Source of the DNA: Thermodesulfobacteriota bacterium
Lineage (GTDB): Bacteria > Desulfobacterota_D > UBA1144 > Nemesobacterales > UBA2774
Reading direction: 5' to 3'
Length of the DNA: 64,000 nucleotides
NCBI GenBank assembly: GCA_965223335.1
Contig: OZ244991.1
Coordinates: 736,001-800,000, forward strand
The notes under the pieces are model-generated. The model made no database searches and was not told the origin of the DNA. It worked only from the letters and a program-made list of their open reading frames with translations. How positions within the stretch are numbered: position 1 is the stretch's first letter; each line of letters starts with the position of its first letter. Positions 39,754 to 51,190 of this stretch are shown here, piece after piece. The position numbers and the translations under genes are program-made.

Positions 39754-41433
39754 TTAACCTCCTGTGGACTTCTTGATGCGACGGTTCACATATATCTGCT
39801 GCCCAATAGATAATATGTTGCTTACAGTCCAATAGATTATTAACCCCGACGGCAGTCCCCAAAACAATACCGTAAAAATGATCGGCATAAACTGCATCAT
39901 CTTCATCTGAAGCTGCATCTGCTCGTTACCGGGAGTCATGGTCATCGGGGTCATCTTTTGCGACACATACCACGACACACCCATAAGTAGTGGTAGTATC
40001 CTAAACGGTATCCCAATGCCCGGTATATCAAACAGTGTTTCGGGTTCGGCCAAATCCTTTACCCATAGGAAAGAGCTGTGACGCAGATCAATAGAGTGCA
40101 GAAGAACGTCATAAAGTGCAATGAACACAGGCAGCTGCACAAGCATCGGCAAACAACCCCCCAGTGTACTAAGCGGGTTAACACCGCTACTTGTGTATAG
40201 TTTCATCAGCTCGGCGTTTTGCTTGGCTTTGTCGTCTTTGTACTTCTCTTTAAGCTCGTCCATCTTGGGCTTTAGCTTCTCCATCTTCATGGCCGACTCT
40301 TTCATCGAAACCATGCTCTTTACAGTCAGGGGCAGAAACAAAACCCTTATTATTATTGTGATTGCAATAATAGACAGGCCGTAGTTATGTATGTAGCTGT
40401 TTAGGAATTTCAAGAAATCGAGCATAGGCTTTGCCAAAACGCCCAGGTAACCGTAGTCCACAGCCTCTTCCATCCCGCTCCCGAGAGGTTTTAGGTAGTT
40501 GTACTCGAGCGGGCCGAGATAGGCCTCCCAATTCCTGGTAGATGTTTTCCCAGCAGGTATGGTGCTCTGGGGATAACTGTAGACTGCCCTTACTATATCC
40601 CCCTCCGATTGCGGCACTACCTTTATCGATGTTTCCCCGCCTATCTCTGGGAGCATCGATGTAATGAAGTATTTCCCCGTGTACCCAAACCAATCAATAT
40701 CACCTTTATAGAGCGTCTCTTTCTCGGGTACTTTGTCTAGCTTCTCTACCTCGCCAGAAACCAGCGTAATAAACTTTTTAGTATCGCCGCCCCTGCCGAG
40801 GTTCTCTATCTTGCCGTACCAGCTTATATGCAGTCTCTCGGGCAGGTCACGTTCGAGATTGTTTGTGACCTCGAACCTCTGTTTGACGGAATATGTGGCG
40901 GAATCGAACTCGTATATTTTCTTTATTGAGACACCCTCTGAGCCCTCCCAATGGAAGACCATCTCTTTTGTGCCCTCGCTTAAATCTATATGTGATATCC
41001 CCTCGTATTTGTAAGGAATAATCTGAGGCACATCAATCTCGTGGAGTCTAAGTATTGTATAAAAGCTTGGGGGGGAATCCTTAAAAAGGTTTACAATGGG
41101 TGAGTCCTTTGACGTTGTCTGCTGATAATCCCTAAGCTCCCACGATATGATTCTGGCCCCGCTCGTGTCGATCACACCCTTGTATAATGGGGTTTCTATC
41201 GTAACACTCTTGCCGTTGGGCTCGGTGCTGTATGGTTTTTCCTCAATGTTTAGCTCCGCCACAGGATCATCTGTAGGGATAGGACTGGGAAGAGTCTCCT
41301 CGACCAAATCCCCTTTGGTTGCGGGCTCTTGGGGGGCTTTTTTCGGCGGTTTTCCAAAATACATCGAATAACCGACGATAATAGCCAGAGAGAGTACCAA
41401 AAATAATATGTAGTTTAGTCTGTTGTCATTCAT
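39754..41433 (-). CDS. yidC: Membrane protein insertase YidC
   Basis: NYGLSII, GGCLPMLVQLP, LPSGLIIYW. Confidence 0.97.
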   Translation of the reverse strand: MNDNRLNYILFLVLSLAIIVGYSMYFGKPPKKAPQEPATKGDLVEETLPSPIPTDDPVAELNIEEKPYSTEPNGKSVTIETPLYKGVIDTSGARIISWELRDYQQTTSKDSPIVNLFKDSPPSFYTILRLHEIDVPQIIPYKYEGISHIDLSEGTKEMVFHWEGSEGVSIKKIYEFDSATYSVKQRFEVTNNLERDLPERLHISWYGKIENLGRGGDTKKFITLVSGEVEKLDKVPEKETLYKGDIDWFGYTGKYFITSMLPEIGGETSIKVVPQSEGDIVRAVYSYPQSTIPAGKTSTRNWEAYLGPLEYNYLKPLGSGMEEAVDYGYLGVLAKPMLDFLKFLNSYIHNYGLSIIAITIIIRVLFLPLTVKSMVSMKESAMKMEKLKPKMDELKEKYKDDKAKQNAELMKLYTSSGVNPLSTLGGCLPMLVQLPVFIALYDVLLHSIDLRHSSFLWVKDLAEPETLFDIPGIGIPFRILPLLMGVSWYVSQKMTPMTMTPGNEQMQLQMKMMQFMPIIFTVLFWGLPSGLIIYWTVSNILSIGQQIYVNRRIKKSTGG

Positions 41434-41445
41434 CCCCTAAACCTG

Positions 41446-41670
41446 CTATTTAACCGGATCATATCCCCCGGCGTTTAGCGGATGGCACCTTGCAAGTCGT
41501 TTGAGTGATAACACAATACCCTTAAGCACTCCGTATTTCCTAAACGATGTTGCAGCATACTCCGAGCAACTAGGGTAGAACCTGCAAGAAGACGGTAATA
41601 GAGGAGAAAGTATAATTTTATAGGCTTTGATAATAAACAAAATTACGTGTAATAACGGATTCTTATGCAT
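41446..41670 (-). CDS. yidD: Membrane protein insertion efficiency factor
   Basis: CRFYPSCSEY, RCHP, GGYDPV. Confidence 0.95.
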   Translation of the reverse strand: MHKNPLLHVILFIIKAYKIILSPLLPSSCRFYPSCSEYAATSFRKYGVLKGIVLSLKRLARCHPLNAGGYDPVK

Positions 41671-42019
41671 GACCCATATTTACTAGCATACTCTCGATAT
41701 CGAGCTTTGCATCATCATAACTCAATCGATCGGCACCCTGCTTTGCAATGATTACAACATCCAAAGATGCAAATAGCTCTTTGTTGCGTCTAAACACCTC
41801 ACGCAAAATCCTCTTCACCCTATTCCTTTTAACCGCAGCCGGAAAATTTTTCTTGCTTACAACGAGCCCAAGCCTTGGAAACCCTAATAGATTGGCTTTA
41901 TAACAAACAGTAAAATAGTTAGAATTGAGCCTTTTGCCATTCCCAAAAACCTCTTCATATATAGAGCTTTTGTGTATTTTGTGAACTTTTGGGAGAGTGG
42001 AACTCAAAAGAAAGCTCAT
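41663..42019 (-). CDS. rnpA: Ribonuclease P protein component
   Basis: [18 protein letters not shown]. Confidence 0.95.
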   Translation of the reverse strand: MSFLLSSTLPKVHKIHKSSIYEEVFGNGKRLNSNYFTVCYKANLLGFPRLGLVVSKKNFPAAVKRNRVKRILREVFRRNKELFASLDVVIIAKQGADRLSYDDAKLDIESMLVNMGHA

Positions 42020-42165
42020 TTCTTCCAGTTTTGGACCGTTAGACGATGCCTACCCTTGGCCATACGCCTCTTGAGGATGCGCCTGCCAGATTTCGAACTG
42101 ATCCTCTCACGATAACCGTGCACCCTTAATCTTTTAACTACGTGCGGTTGATAAGTCCTTTTCAT
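42016..42165 (-). CDS. rpmH: 50S ribosomal protein L34 (not in the ORF track)
   Basis: Manual translation [53 protein letters not shown] overlap with rnpA. Confidence 0.96.
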   Translation of the reverse strand: MKRTYQPHVVKRLRVHGYRERISSKSGRRILKRRMAKGRHRLTVQNWKK

Positions 42166-42320
42166 AATGCGACTCTAAAACTAACACGAAAACTTTTGTT
42201 GGTCAAGAATACGTGGGCTGCTGATGTGGTTGCCAAGAAAAAGCAAATTTTCTGCAATTATCTATATGAATAGATCTGAATCCCGCCTTCATAAATAATT
42301 TACACCCATCTGCTATGTTA

Positions 42321-42348
42321 TTGACAAATAGTTATGTAGCCTTATAGT
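42321..42348 (+). promoter_or_regulatory. Putative sigma70 promoter for the transglycosylase gene
   Basis: TTGACA-N16-TATAGT. Confidence 0.55.
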
Positions 42349-42514
42349 TTAAGCAATAAAATTGGATGGATAGACAATATATAGTGTTGTGTATTGGGTG
42401 AAATAAACTACGTTCATGTACGTGATTTCATATGAAGCGAACCTAAATTTCCTACTTGCATAATCCCTAAAAATACATTTCACTAATACATCATCAGAGG
42501 CTGGGTCAAAAAAT

Positions 42515-43261
42515 ATGTTCAAGAATCTAATCGACATCTCGATGCTCGCAGTGCTAGGGTTTGTTAAAGGCACACTGTTCCTGCTCCTTCTCACAGCAGC
42601 CATTTTCCTATTCGTAAAAACCAAGGCACCGGATGTAAAGGATCATACCAATTACCTGGGTTTAGTTAAACCACCGACCGAGAACTTGGAGATCCAAGCC
42701 ACAGGTCGACTAACAAACGATGACATAGAGGTCCTTAAAGACGATTTAGAGCATATTGAGGACATGTCGGTCGAAGAGGCCGAGATTTTTTTATTTATAC
42801 TCAGGTTCTCAGACTCCATAGCCCCAGCCAACGCACGCTCACTTGCAAAAACTATTCTCGAGGAATGTGAACAGTACGATCTCGATCCCTATCTGATACT
42901 GGCCGTAATACAGGTGGAAAGCAAGTTCACACCAGGGGCAGTGTCCAATAAAGGGGCGGTGGGACTAATGCAGGTAATGCCAAAAACCGCCGAATACACA
43001 GCTAAGCAGATGGGTATGTCGTATAAGGGCAGCAAAACCCTCCATGACCCTCTGGTTAACGTGAAACTCGGTATCCACTACCTCTCAAGACTGTCCGACA
43101 GATTCCAGAGCACCGAGGGTGCACTCGCAGCATACAACTATGGACCTGCAGGTTATATAAAATTGATGAGCTCTAACCAGAAACTGCCACGCTACGTTAA
43201 AAAAGTGCTCTCTTTCAAGAGCTTCCTGGAAGAAGAGCGGGCGATTACACAGAGTAGTTAA
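42515..43261 (+). CDS. Membrane-anchored lytic transglycosylase (SLT domain)
   Basis: N-terminal TM helix, VES, GAVGLMQV, AAYNxG, YVxKV. Confidence 0.92.
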   Translation: MFKNLIDISMLAVLGFVKGTLFLLLLTAAIFLFVKTKAPDVKDHTNYLGLVKPPTENLEIQATGRLTNDDIEVLKDDLEHIEDMSVEEAEIFLFILRFSDSIAPANARSLAKTILEECEQYDLDPYLILAVIQVESKFTPGAVSNKGAVGLMQVMPKTAEYTAKQMGMSYKGSKTLHDPLVNVKLGIHYLSRLSDRFQSTEGALAAYNYGPAGYIKLMSSNQKLPRYVKKVLSFKSFLEEERAITQSS

Positions 43262-43304
43262 CTCACCTGTTTTCGAATTCCACGTGATCCATTATATTTA
43301 AATC

Positions 43305-44186
43305 ATGCAATTCGGTGTTGCTCTGCCTAATTTCGGTAAGTTTGCCGATAAGCAGTTTATGGTCGAGCTTTCTAGGGCGGCAGAAGCTCTGGGCTACGAC
43401 TCCCTTTGGGCTAGTGACCATGTAGTAATTCCCCACTCACACGAGGGTTTTGGCGATACATTTTACGACCCGCTCATAACCCTTTCATACATTGCCGCAC
43501 ACACCTCTAAAATAACGCTTGGGACAAGCGTTATGATACTCCCATACCGAAACCCCATTGTACTGGCAAAGTGCCTTGCAACACTTGATGTTCTATCCGG
43601 TGGCCGATTAATACTCGGGGTAGGAGCGGGCTGGCTTCGCGACGAGTTCGATGCCCTGGGTGTGGCGTACGAACAGAGGGGCCCCATGACCGATGAGTAC
43701 ATAGAGATTATCAAAAAACTATGGTCAGAGGATGCCCCTGTCCACAAGGGCGATTATTATCAATTTCGTGAGATCGGGTTTTTTCCAAAGCCCCTTCAAG
43801 ACCGAGGACCCCGGATATGGGTAGGTGGTGGCAGTAATGCAGCAATCCGACGCGCAGCGCAGTATGGCGACGGTTGGCACCCCGTGGGTACAGACCCCGA
43901 ATCATTAGAGAGGGAACTCAGGAAGCTTGATGACTACTTAAGAGAATACAATAGGGATAAAGGCCAATTTGTAATATCGTTGCGTAGAAACCTAGAGATT
44001 GCAGATTCCAAAAACCTACCCCCAGGCGACACACTCAGGGGAACTCCTGAAAAAATACTAAAGGGTCTTAGACAGTACCGTGATTTAGGAGTCTCGCACA
44101 TAGTATTGCATATACTGAGCGGATCGAGGGAAGGAATTATAAAAACTATGGAACGATTTTCACAAGATTTGAGAGGCCGAATTTAA
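43305..44186 (+). CDS. LLM-class (probably F420-dependent) oxidoreductase
   Basis: GYDSLWASDH, LPYRNP, DVLSGGR, GAGW, PKP, GDGW. Confidence 0.88.
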   Translation: MQFGVALPNFGKFADKQFMVELSRAAEALGYDSLWASDHVVIPHSHEGFGDTFYDPLITLSYIAAHTSKITLGTSVMILPYRNPIVLAKCLATLDVLSGGRLILGVGAGWLRDEFDALGVAYEQRGPMTDEYIEIIKKLWSEDAPVHKGDYYQFREIGFFPKPLQDRGPRIWVGGGSNAAIRRAAQYGDGWHPVGTDPESLERELRKLDDYLREYNRDKGQFVISLRRNLEIADSKNLPPGDTLRGTPEKILKGLRQYRDLGVSHIVLHILSGSREGIIKTMERFSQDLRGRI

Positions 44187-44309
44187 TAACTAGTCCAATA
44201 GTATTCCATTTATTAGCAAATTATTATTAATACTCAACATAAAATGCTATTTTACGATAGAGTGAATTCCGGTACTATAACTGTAATTTTTTAGTAAGCT
44301 CTAAACTAA

Positions 44310-44957
<648 letters not shown>

Positions 44958-45017
44958 AAGTGCTTTCGATATTGACACCGGCAGGGTATTGGATAGATAA
45001 TAGATTTTGGTACTACC

Positions 45018-46106
45018 ATGGAAAACAATAGCAGATTTCTTGCAGCAGCAGTCCAGACCGCGCCTGTGTTTCTAAGTAAGGACGAGACCATAGGCAAAGT
45101 AATAAGCCTGATTGAAGAGGCCTCTAGAGAAGGTGCATCGCTAATCGTGTTCCCTGAAGCCACCGTGCCCTGCTACCCGTACTGGCCCAAGGACCTGGGC
45201 ACAGCCGAGGGCAGAAAACTAGTGCTAAATGCCTACACCGAGCTCTATAAAAACTCGATTGAGATCCCGGGTGAGGAAACCCTAGCACTTTGTGTGTCGG
45301 CAAAGGAAGCAGACGCCAATGTAGTAATAGGTGTAAATGAGCGAGACGGGGGCACACTCTACAACACCATAGTTTATATAGACAATAGGGGCACACTACT
45401 CGGCAAGCACAGAAAGCTCATGTCCATAGACAGCGAGAGGTGCATATGGGGGATGGGTAATGCAGAAGATCTAGCCGTGTTTGATACCGATATCGGACGG
45501 GTTGGAGGATTCTTTTGCTACGAGCACCATCTGACACTTGCAAAATACGCCATGTACCTAAAAGGCGAGCAGATCCACGCAGGGCTATGGGCGGGACACG
45601 GGTTTGTAAAACCCACGATGGATTTTGCAAGCCGTCAGTACGCGTTTGAGGGACAAGTATTTGTAGTAGTATCATCGGGCTATATAAACTCGGATATGAT
45701 CCCCGACAGTTTCCCACTCAAGCAACACACCTCATGGGATTACCCCGGAGGAAGCGGGATTATTAATCCCCGCGGCGAGTACATAGCAGGCCCCGTGTAT
45801 GATAGGGAGGAGATAGTCTACGCCGAGATCGACACCGACATGATCATTCGCGCAAAGGCTGTGATAGATGCTGCAGGCCATTTCTCTAGACCCGATATAC
45901 TAAATCTCGAGATTCTTGACCGTCAAGCCCAAGGCCCGACAAACAACAACCCCCCGCCCGTTAAGACTGATAACAGACCTAAAGTCGCCGAGCAAATAAA
46001 CGAGGTCAAAAAAGACATTGACGAGATCTCGAGCAAGCTAAACACATTCGAATCACAACTGGGACAGTTGCTTGAAAAATTATCCAATGATTTCAAAGAA
46101 AAGTAA
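45018..46106 (+). CDS. Nitrilase-family carbon-nitrogen hydrolase
   Basis: FPE / HRKLM / CYEHH triad; DAAGHFSRPD. Confidence 0.9.
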   Translation: MENNSRFLAAAVQTAPVFLSKDETIGKVISLIEEASREGASLIVFPEATVPCYPYWPKDLGTAEGRKLVLNAYTELYKNSIEIPGEETLALCVSAKEADANVVIGVNERDGGTLYNTIVYIDNRGTLLGKHRKLMSIDSERCIWGMGNAEDLAVFDTDIGRVGGFFCYEHHLTLAKYAMYLKGEQIHAGLWAGHGFVKPTMDFASRQYAFEGQVFVVVSSGYINSDMIPDSFPLKQHTSWDYPGGSGIINPRGEYIAGPVYDREEIVYAEIDTDMIIRAKAVIDAAGHFSRPDILNLEILDRQAQGPTNNNPPPVKTDNRPKVAEQINEVKKDIDEISSKLNTFESQLGQLLEKLSNDFKEK

Positions 46107-46142
46107 TTACCACTCCTTTTCATATACTCGGTCTGCCTCAGA

Positions 46143-46170
46143 TTGACTTTATCGTTTTTCGAAATAATAT
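46143..46170 (+). promoter_or_regulatory. Putative sigma70 promoter of oadGAB
   Basis: TTGACT-N16-TAATAT. Confidence 0.5.
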
Positions 46171-46213
46171 ATTCAGGCCTGGGAATTATACTCTTACAAG
46201 GTAGCTAACGCTT

Positions 46214-46444
46214 ATGATACTAGAGGGTGTAAAGCTCATGATACTTGGTATGGGGATAGTATGTATATTCCTGTTAATACTAATGGTATTGATACAGCTT
46301 TCTTCCGTCGTATTCAGAGAAAACGCAACTATACCCAAAAGCAGCGTTGCAATCGGTGCCAAGACCCCGGACCACAACTTAGTAACCATTTTGTCTGCGG
46401 CCATAACAGCATACAGATCAAAAAAGCAGCAGGATAAGGAATGA
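46214..46444 (+). CDS. oadG: Na+-translocating decarboxylase gamma subunit
   Basis: LGMGIVxxFL TM helix, ILSAAI. Lies upstream of the alpha and beta subunits. Confidence 0.85.
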   Translation: MILEGVKLMILGMGIVCIFLLILMVLIQLSSVVFRENATIPKSSVAIGAKTPDHNLVTILSAAITAYRSKKQQDKE

Positions 46445-46448
46445 GCTC

Positions 46449-48248
46449 ATGAAAAAAATACTATTTCAAGATACTTCATTTAGAGACGGGTTTCAGTCCT
46501 ATTTCGGAGCCAGGGTGCTCACCGATGATTTTATTCCTGCAGTTGAAGCTGCGGCACACGCCGGCATCACACACTTTGAAGCCGGGGGCGGTGCACGGTT
46601 TCAGAGTCTGTTTTTATACTGCGGTGAGTCGGCATTCGACATGATGGACCGGTTCAGAGAGGCCGCGGGCCCTGATGCCAACCTACAGACTCTGGCCCGG
46701 GGCATAAACGTTGTCGCACTCTCGCAACAGCCCAAGGACATGATCGACCTCCATGCTAAGCTCTTTAAGAAACACGGCATTACTCACATACGCAACTTCG
46801 ATGCACTAAACGATGTTAGAAACCTTGAGTACTCGGGCGAGTGTATTAAAAACGCCGGGCTTCACCACCAGGTAGTTGTTACCCTGATGGAGCTCCCACC
46901 GGGATGCGAAGGGGCCCACGACGCAGAGTTTTATCTGCGCACACTGCGCAATATCTTGGACTCGGGGCTTCCATTTGACTCTGTTTGTTTTAAAGACGCC
47001 TCAGGCACATCGAACCCCTCCAAAGTGTTTCAGACCGTAAAAGCTGCGAAGGCACTAGTAGGTGACGACACAATCGTATGGATCCACTCCCACGCCACCG
47101 CTGCCCAGGGCATCGAGCAATACGTAGCGGCAATCGAGGCAGGGTGTGACGGCATATGCCTTGCACGCGCACCGGTTTCGGGAGGCACCTCACAGCCCGA
47201 TCTCATATCGATGTGGAACGCACTTAAGGGCACAGAGTACACTCTCGATATAGATATAAGCAAAATAGTAGAGGCAAACGAAGTATTTAAAGACTGTATG
47301 AAGGACTATTATTTCCCCCCTGAAGCTCTCAAGGTATCTTCCGAGGTACTGCTCTCGCCAATGCCGGGCGGAGCGCTTACCGCAAACACTATGATGATGA
47401 GAGACACCGGTACTCTGCACCTCTACCCACAGGTCATAAAAGCAATGTCTGAGTGTGTAGCCAAAGGCGGGTTCGGCACATCGGTCACACCGGTTTCACA
47501 GTTCTACTTCCAACAGGCCTATGCAAACGTCATACACGGCCCCTGGAAGCAAATCACCGACGGCTACGGAAACATGGTGCTCGGCTATTTCGGGCGCACT
47601 CCGGTAGAGCCCGATCCCGAGGTTGTTAAGGTTGCCGAGGACCAGTTGGGCAAACCCAGATTCGATGGGGACCCGCTTGAGATTCTAGAGCCCGGAATTC
47701 CTAAAGCCGTAAAGACACTGGAGCAAAACGACCTGGACGTAAATGACGAGAACGTATTTATAGTAGGTGCCCTTGCCACTCCGGGCGGCAACAAGGGCCT
47801 TGATTTCTTAAAAGGTGATTACTCAATCAGTGTTAGAAAAACAACCGACGCCGCTACGGAAGTTACCACAAAAACACCTACAAACATTGTGGGTGAAGGC
47901 CCCGAGAACTTTGTAATCACGGTAAACGGCAAGGACTATAACGTCTCGGTGCGCCCCGGCACATCCGATATTACGACCATCACCGACTCTACCGTAGACC
48001 CCGAGATCGCGGACCTGCCCTCAGACGACATAGTAGAGGTTACGGCGAGTGTCCCCGGCAACGTGTATAAGATTGCCGTGGATGTAGGCGACAGTATCAG
48101 TGAGAACGAAACCGTTGTGGTACTCGAAGCCATGAAGATGGAAACACCGGTAGCATCACCCTGTAACGGTGTTGTCAAAACACTGAATGTTAAACTTGGT
48201 GATGTTGTAGAAGCAGGTCAATTAATTTTAACTATTGCCCCGAAATGA
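46449..48248 (+). CDS. oadA: Oxaloacetate decarboxylase alpha / pyruvate carboxylase beta-type carboxyltransferase with biotin domain
   Basis: RDGFQS, FDALND, FKDASG, HSH, PGG, VTPVSQ, EAMKM. Confidence 0.85.
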   Translation: MKKILFQDTSFRDGFQSYFGARVLTDDFIPAVEAAAHAGITHFEAGGGARFQSLFLYCGESAFDMMDRFREAAGPDANLQTLARGINVVALSQQPKDMIDLHAKLFKKHGITHIRNFDALNDVRNLEYSGECIKNAGLHHQVVVTLMELPPGCEGAHDAEFYLRTLRNILDSGLPFDSVCFKDASGTSNPSKVFQTVKAAKALVGDDTIVWIHSHATAAQGIEQYVAAIEAGCDGICLARAPVSGGTSQPDLISMWNALKGTEYTLDIDISKIVEANEVFKDCMKDYYFPPEALKVSSEVLLSPMPGGALTANTMMMRDTGTLHLYPQVIKAMSECVAKGGFGTSVTPVSQFYFQQAYANVIHGPWKQITDGYGNMVLGYFGRTPVEPDPEVVKVAEDQLGKPRFDGDPLEILEPGIPKAVKTLEQNDLDVNDENVFIVGALATPGGNKGLDFLKGDYSISVRKTTDAATEVTTKTPTNIVGEGPENFVITVNGKDYNVSVRPGTSDITTITDSTVDPEIADLPSDDIVEVTASVPGNVYKIAVDVGDSISENETVVVLEAMKMETPVASPCNGVVKTLNVKLGDVVEAGQLILTIAPK

Positions 48249-49549
48249 ACCGATTTATCGCAATAATATCAATCCTCTTAGTAACACTTGTAAGCGGGCT
48301 CCATTTATCGCCCCATAACGCTTTTTCACAAACCGAACAGGCTCCCCAAGAGGAATCCCCTCAGGATGTAAAGCTTCCTTCCATTACAAAACTAATAGGT
48401 AACGTCGCGGAATCCACGGGTATAGCAGGCTTTATTAAGGGAAACAAGGAATCCTGGACGGGTGGAATCGGCCGTTTTGTAATGCTTATGGTTGGTTTTC
48501 TGCTGCTATACCTCGGTATAGCCAAGAAGTTCGAACCGCTATTGTTGGTGACGATTGGGTTTGGGTGCATACTGACCAATATACCGCTTGCTGGGATAAG
48601 CACTCCGGGCGGGATAATCTACTATATCTACAATATAGGGATTAAGACGGGGATTTTCCCGCTGCTTATTTTTATGGGTGTAGGAGCACTCACCGACTTC
48701 GGACCCCTTTTGGCTAACCCAAAAACATTACTGCTGGGTGCTGCTGCGCAGCTCGGTATATTTGCCACACTGCTAGGCGCCCTTGCGCTAACCCAATATG
48801 TGCCTCAAATCAATTTTTCGTTCCAAGACGCTGCATCCATCGGGATTATCGGCGGGGCCGACGGACCCACAGCCATATACCTATCGTCCCAGCTCTCACC
48901 ACGGCTGCTGGGGGCAATCTCCGTAGCGGCATACTCCTATATGGCACTGGTCCCCATAATACAACCGCCTATAATGAAGGCGCTTACAACAAGTGAAGAA
49001 AGAAAAATAAGAATGAAACAGCTTCGCCACGTCGGTAAAAAAGAGAAGGTCATTTTCCCCATCCTGGTACTAGCCGTGTGTATTGTGCTGCTGCCCTCTG
49101 CCGCACCGCTTATCGGTTTTTTCACATTCGGCAACCTTATGCGAGAAAGCGGAGTTGTGGAACGTTTGGCAGATACAACACGGAATTCGCTAATAAACAT
49201 CACTACCATATTTCTTGGACTGGGCGTGGGGTCGAAACTCTCGGCAGACGAATTTTTGACCTTTGAAACCCTTGGCATACTTGTTCTGGGCATCATAGCA
49301 TTCAGCATAGGTACCGCAACAGGGGTTATAATGGCAAAAACGATGAATATACTCTCGACCACAAAAATTAATCCTTTAATCGGCTCCGCAGGTGTATCGG
49401 CTGTGCCTATGGCGGCGCGAGTTTCCCAGGACATGGGAGCCAAAGAGGACCCACAGAATGTGCTGCTAATGCATGCTATGGGCCCCAATGTTGCAGGTGT
49501 GATCGGATCTGCGGTTGCAGCCGGTGTCCTGCTAGCAGTGTTTCAATAA
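48245..49549 (+). CDS. oadB: Na+-translocating decarboxylase beta subunit
   Basis: [37 protein letters not shown]. Confidence 0.95.
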   Translation: MNRFIAIISILLVTLVSGLHLSPHNAFSQTEQAPQEESPQDVKLPSITKLIGNVAESTGIAGFIKGNKESWTGGIGRFVMLMVGFLLLYLGIAKKFEPLLLVTIGFGCILTNIPLAGISTPGGIIYYIYNIGIKTGIFPLLIFMGVGALTDFGPLLANPKTLLLGAAAQLGIFATLLGALALTQYVPQINFSFQDAASIGIIGGADGPTAIYLSSQLSPRLLGAISVAAYSYMALVPIIQPPIMKALTTSEERKIRMKQLRHVGKKEKVIFPILVLAVCIVLLPSAAPLIGFFTFGNLMRESGVVERLADTTRNSLINITTIFLGLGVGSKLSADEFLTFETLGILVLGIIAFSIGTATGVIMAKTMNILSTTKINPLIGSAGVSAVPMAARVSQDMGAKEDPQNVLLMHAMGPNVAGVIGSAVAAGVLLAVFQ

Positions 49550-49554
49550 GCAGC

Positions 49555-51135
49555 CTACTTAGTGTTTTGGTTATTAGTCTTGGCAATCAGTTCCTGTTTA
49601 AGATCCCAGAGCTTTTGTGAGATGGAGACGTGGTAGATATGGGGGTTCATTATTCGCTTTACACCCGTGTCGACCCTGTCCAGGTCGCTTATACGCTTGG
49701 CTCTGATCGCCTCTATTGATGGGAAATCGTATAAGGATTTTCCCTCATCGATTATCGTTTCAAAGAGCGGTTCCGCTTCGCTCACGTTACTTTTCTCAAG
49801 CACCCTGTACATAGAGTGATCTGTTGGGTGTCTGAGTATAAAGTTTTTCTGCGCCACAGGGTCGGGTTCATCCGTAGTCATTACATCGGCAGTAGCCTTG
49901 CCTCTCTTATCATAGATTCGCCATGCTTGCTTGTTTCCCGGTATAAGCGTTTTCTCGGGTGTGTTAGAGAGTTTCATCGCAGGCACCCAACCCCCCTCGT
50001 CCTCAATGGCAACTAATTTATATACCCCGTCAAGCGCCGGGTCGCCCTCGGATGTTATCAACCTTGTCCCCACCCCATACACAAGCCTCTCGATCAGGTC
50101 GTTTGGGTCGAGGCCGTACCGCGGGGCCTCCTCTTCAATCTGTGTGATAATCTGCCATATTACGAGTTCGTCCAACTGATTCGATAGCACTATCTTAGTT
50201 TTTGTGAATCCTGCAGTGTTTAGCATTTTTGCTGCCTGAATACTTAGAAATGCAAGGTCGCCCGAATCAAGCCTTATCCCTATCGGTTCGTGCCCCTTTC
50301 GCTTTAGATCCTGAAAGACCTTAATAGCATTCGGCACCCCGCTCTCAAGGGTGTTCACGGTATCTACTAGCAACACGCAGTCATCGGGGTAGATCTCTGC
50401 AAACGCCCTGAATGCGTCAAGCTCACTATCTCCCAACGCCAAAAAGGCCTGGACCATGCTGTGCGCATGAGTACCCTTCGGTGTGTAGCCCAGGCGTGAC
50501 GATATCCCCACTGCCGAGGAATAATCGGCCCCGCCAATAAGCGCTGCACGCACCCCTGCGTTTACTCCCCTGTCGTGCCCCCGCCTCATCCCAAACTCAA
50601 GTAGCATCTGCCCCCTGCCAGCCTCGCGTATCCTTGCGGCTTTAGTAGCCACAAGGGTCTGGTAGTTTAGGTGGTTTAACAGCGACGACTCGAGGATCTG
50701 AGCCATACCGAGTGGGCCCTCGACTACAGATATCGGTATCTGGGGATGGACCACACGGCCCTCGGGGATCGCACGCATTGTTATGCCCTCATAGTTCCCA
50801 TGCTTACGCAACCACCCAAGAAAATCATCTTGGAATATCCGCCCACCCGTTCTCCCAGTCTGGTTTTTAAGGCTCTCGATCTCTCCGTCGCCAAAGCGTG
50901 ATTGTTGCATCCAAGCCACAAACCACTCGAGCCCGGCATTGATGCAGTAGCCCGCCTTATGCGTGCCGTAATCGGGGTAGCTGCGGAAAAAATGGTCAAA
51001 CTGTGCTTTTCGTTCATGCAGACCGAGTTTATAGTAGAGCTGGGCCATGGTTAATTGGTACTGATCTGTGAAGAGCACTCCACTCTCTAGGTTGTTAGTC
51101 TTTGGTGGTTTAACGGTCTTTTTTGAATTGGCCAT
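49555..51135 (-). CDS. pncB: Nicotinate phosphoribosyltransferase
   Basis: [32 protein letters not shown]. Confidence 0.93.
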   Translation of the reverse strand: MANSKKTVKPPKTNNLESGVLFTDQYQLTMAQLYYKLGLHERKAQFDHFFRSYPDYGTHKAGYCINAGLEWFVAWMQQSRFGDGEIESLKNQTGRTGGRIFQDDFLGWLRKHGNYEGITMRAIPEGRVVHPQIPISVVEGPLGMAQILESSLLNHLNYQTLVATKAARIREAGRGQMLLEFGMRRGHDRGVNAGVRAALIGGADYSSAVGISSRLGYTPKGTHAHSMVQAFLALGDSELDAFRAFAEIYPDDCVLLVDTVNTLESGVPNAIKVFQDLKRKGHEPIGIRLDSGDLAFLSIQAAKMLNTAGFTKTKIVLSNQLDELVIWQIITQIEEEAPRYGLDPNDLIERLVYGVGTRLITSEGDPALDGVYKLVAIEDEGGWVPAMKLSNTPEKTLIPGNKQAWRIYDKRGKATADVMTTDEPDPVAQKNFILRHPTDHSMYRVLEKSNVSEAEPLFETIIDEGKSLYDFPSIEAIRAKRISDLDRVDTGVKRIMNPHIYHVSISQKLWDLKQELIAKTNNQNTK

Positions 51136-51190
51136 CTGAGACTGTGGTGTAACGATATGTATAAAATTGTGCTTTTTCTAAGTCGGGGAT

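Noticed and set aside
42166..42514. Possible oriC next to rpmH, and a 15-codon uORF (42416-42463) in frame with the transglycosylase
   Set aside because: No consensus DnaA boxes or dnaA; the uORF has no SD and is expected by chance.
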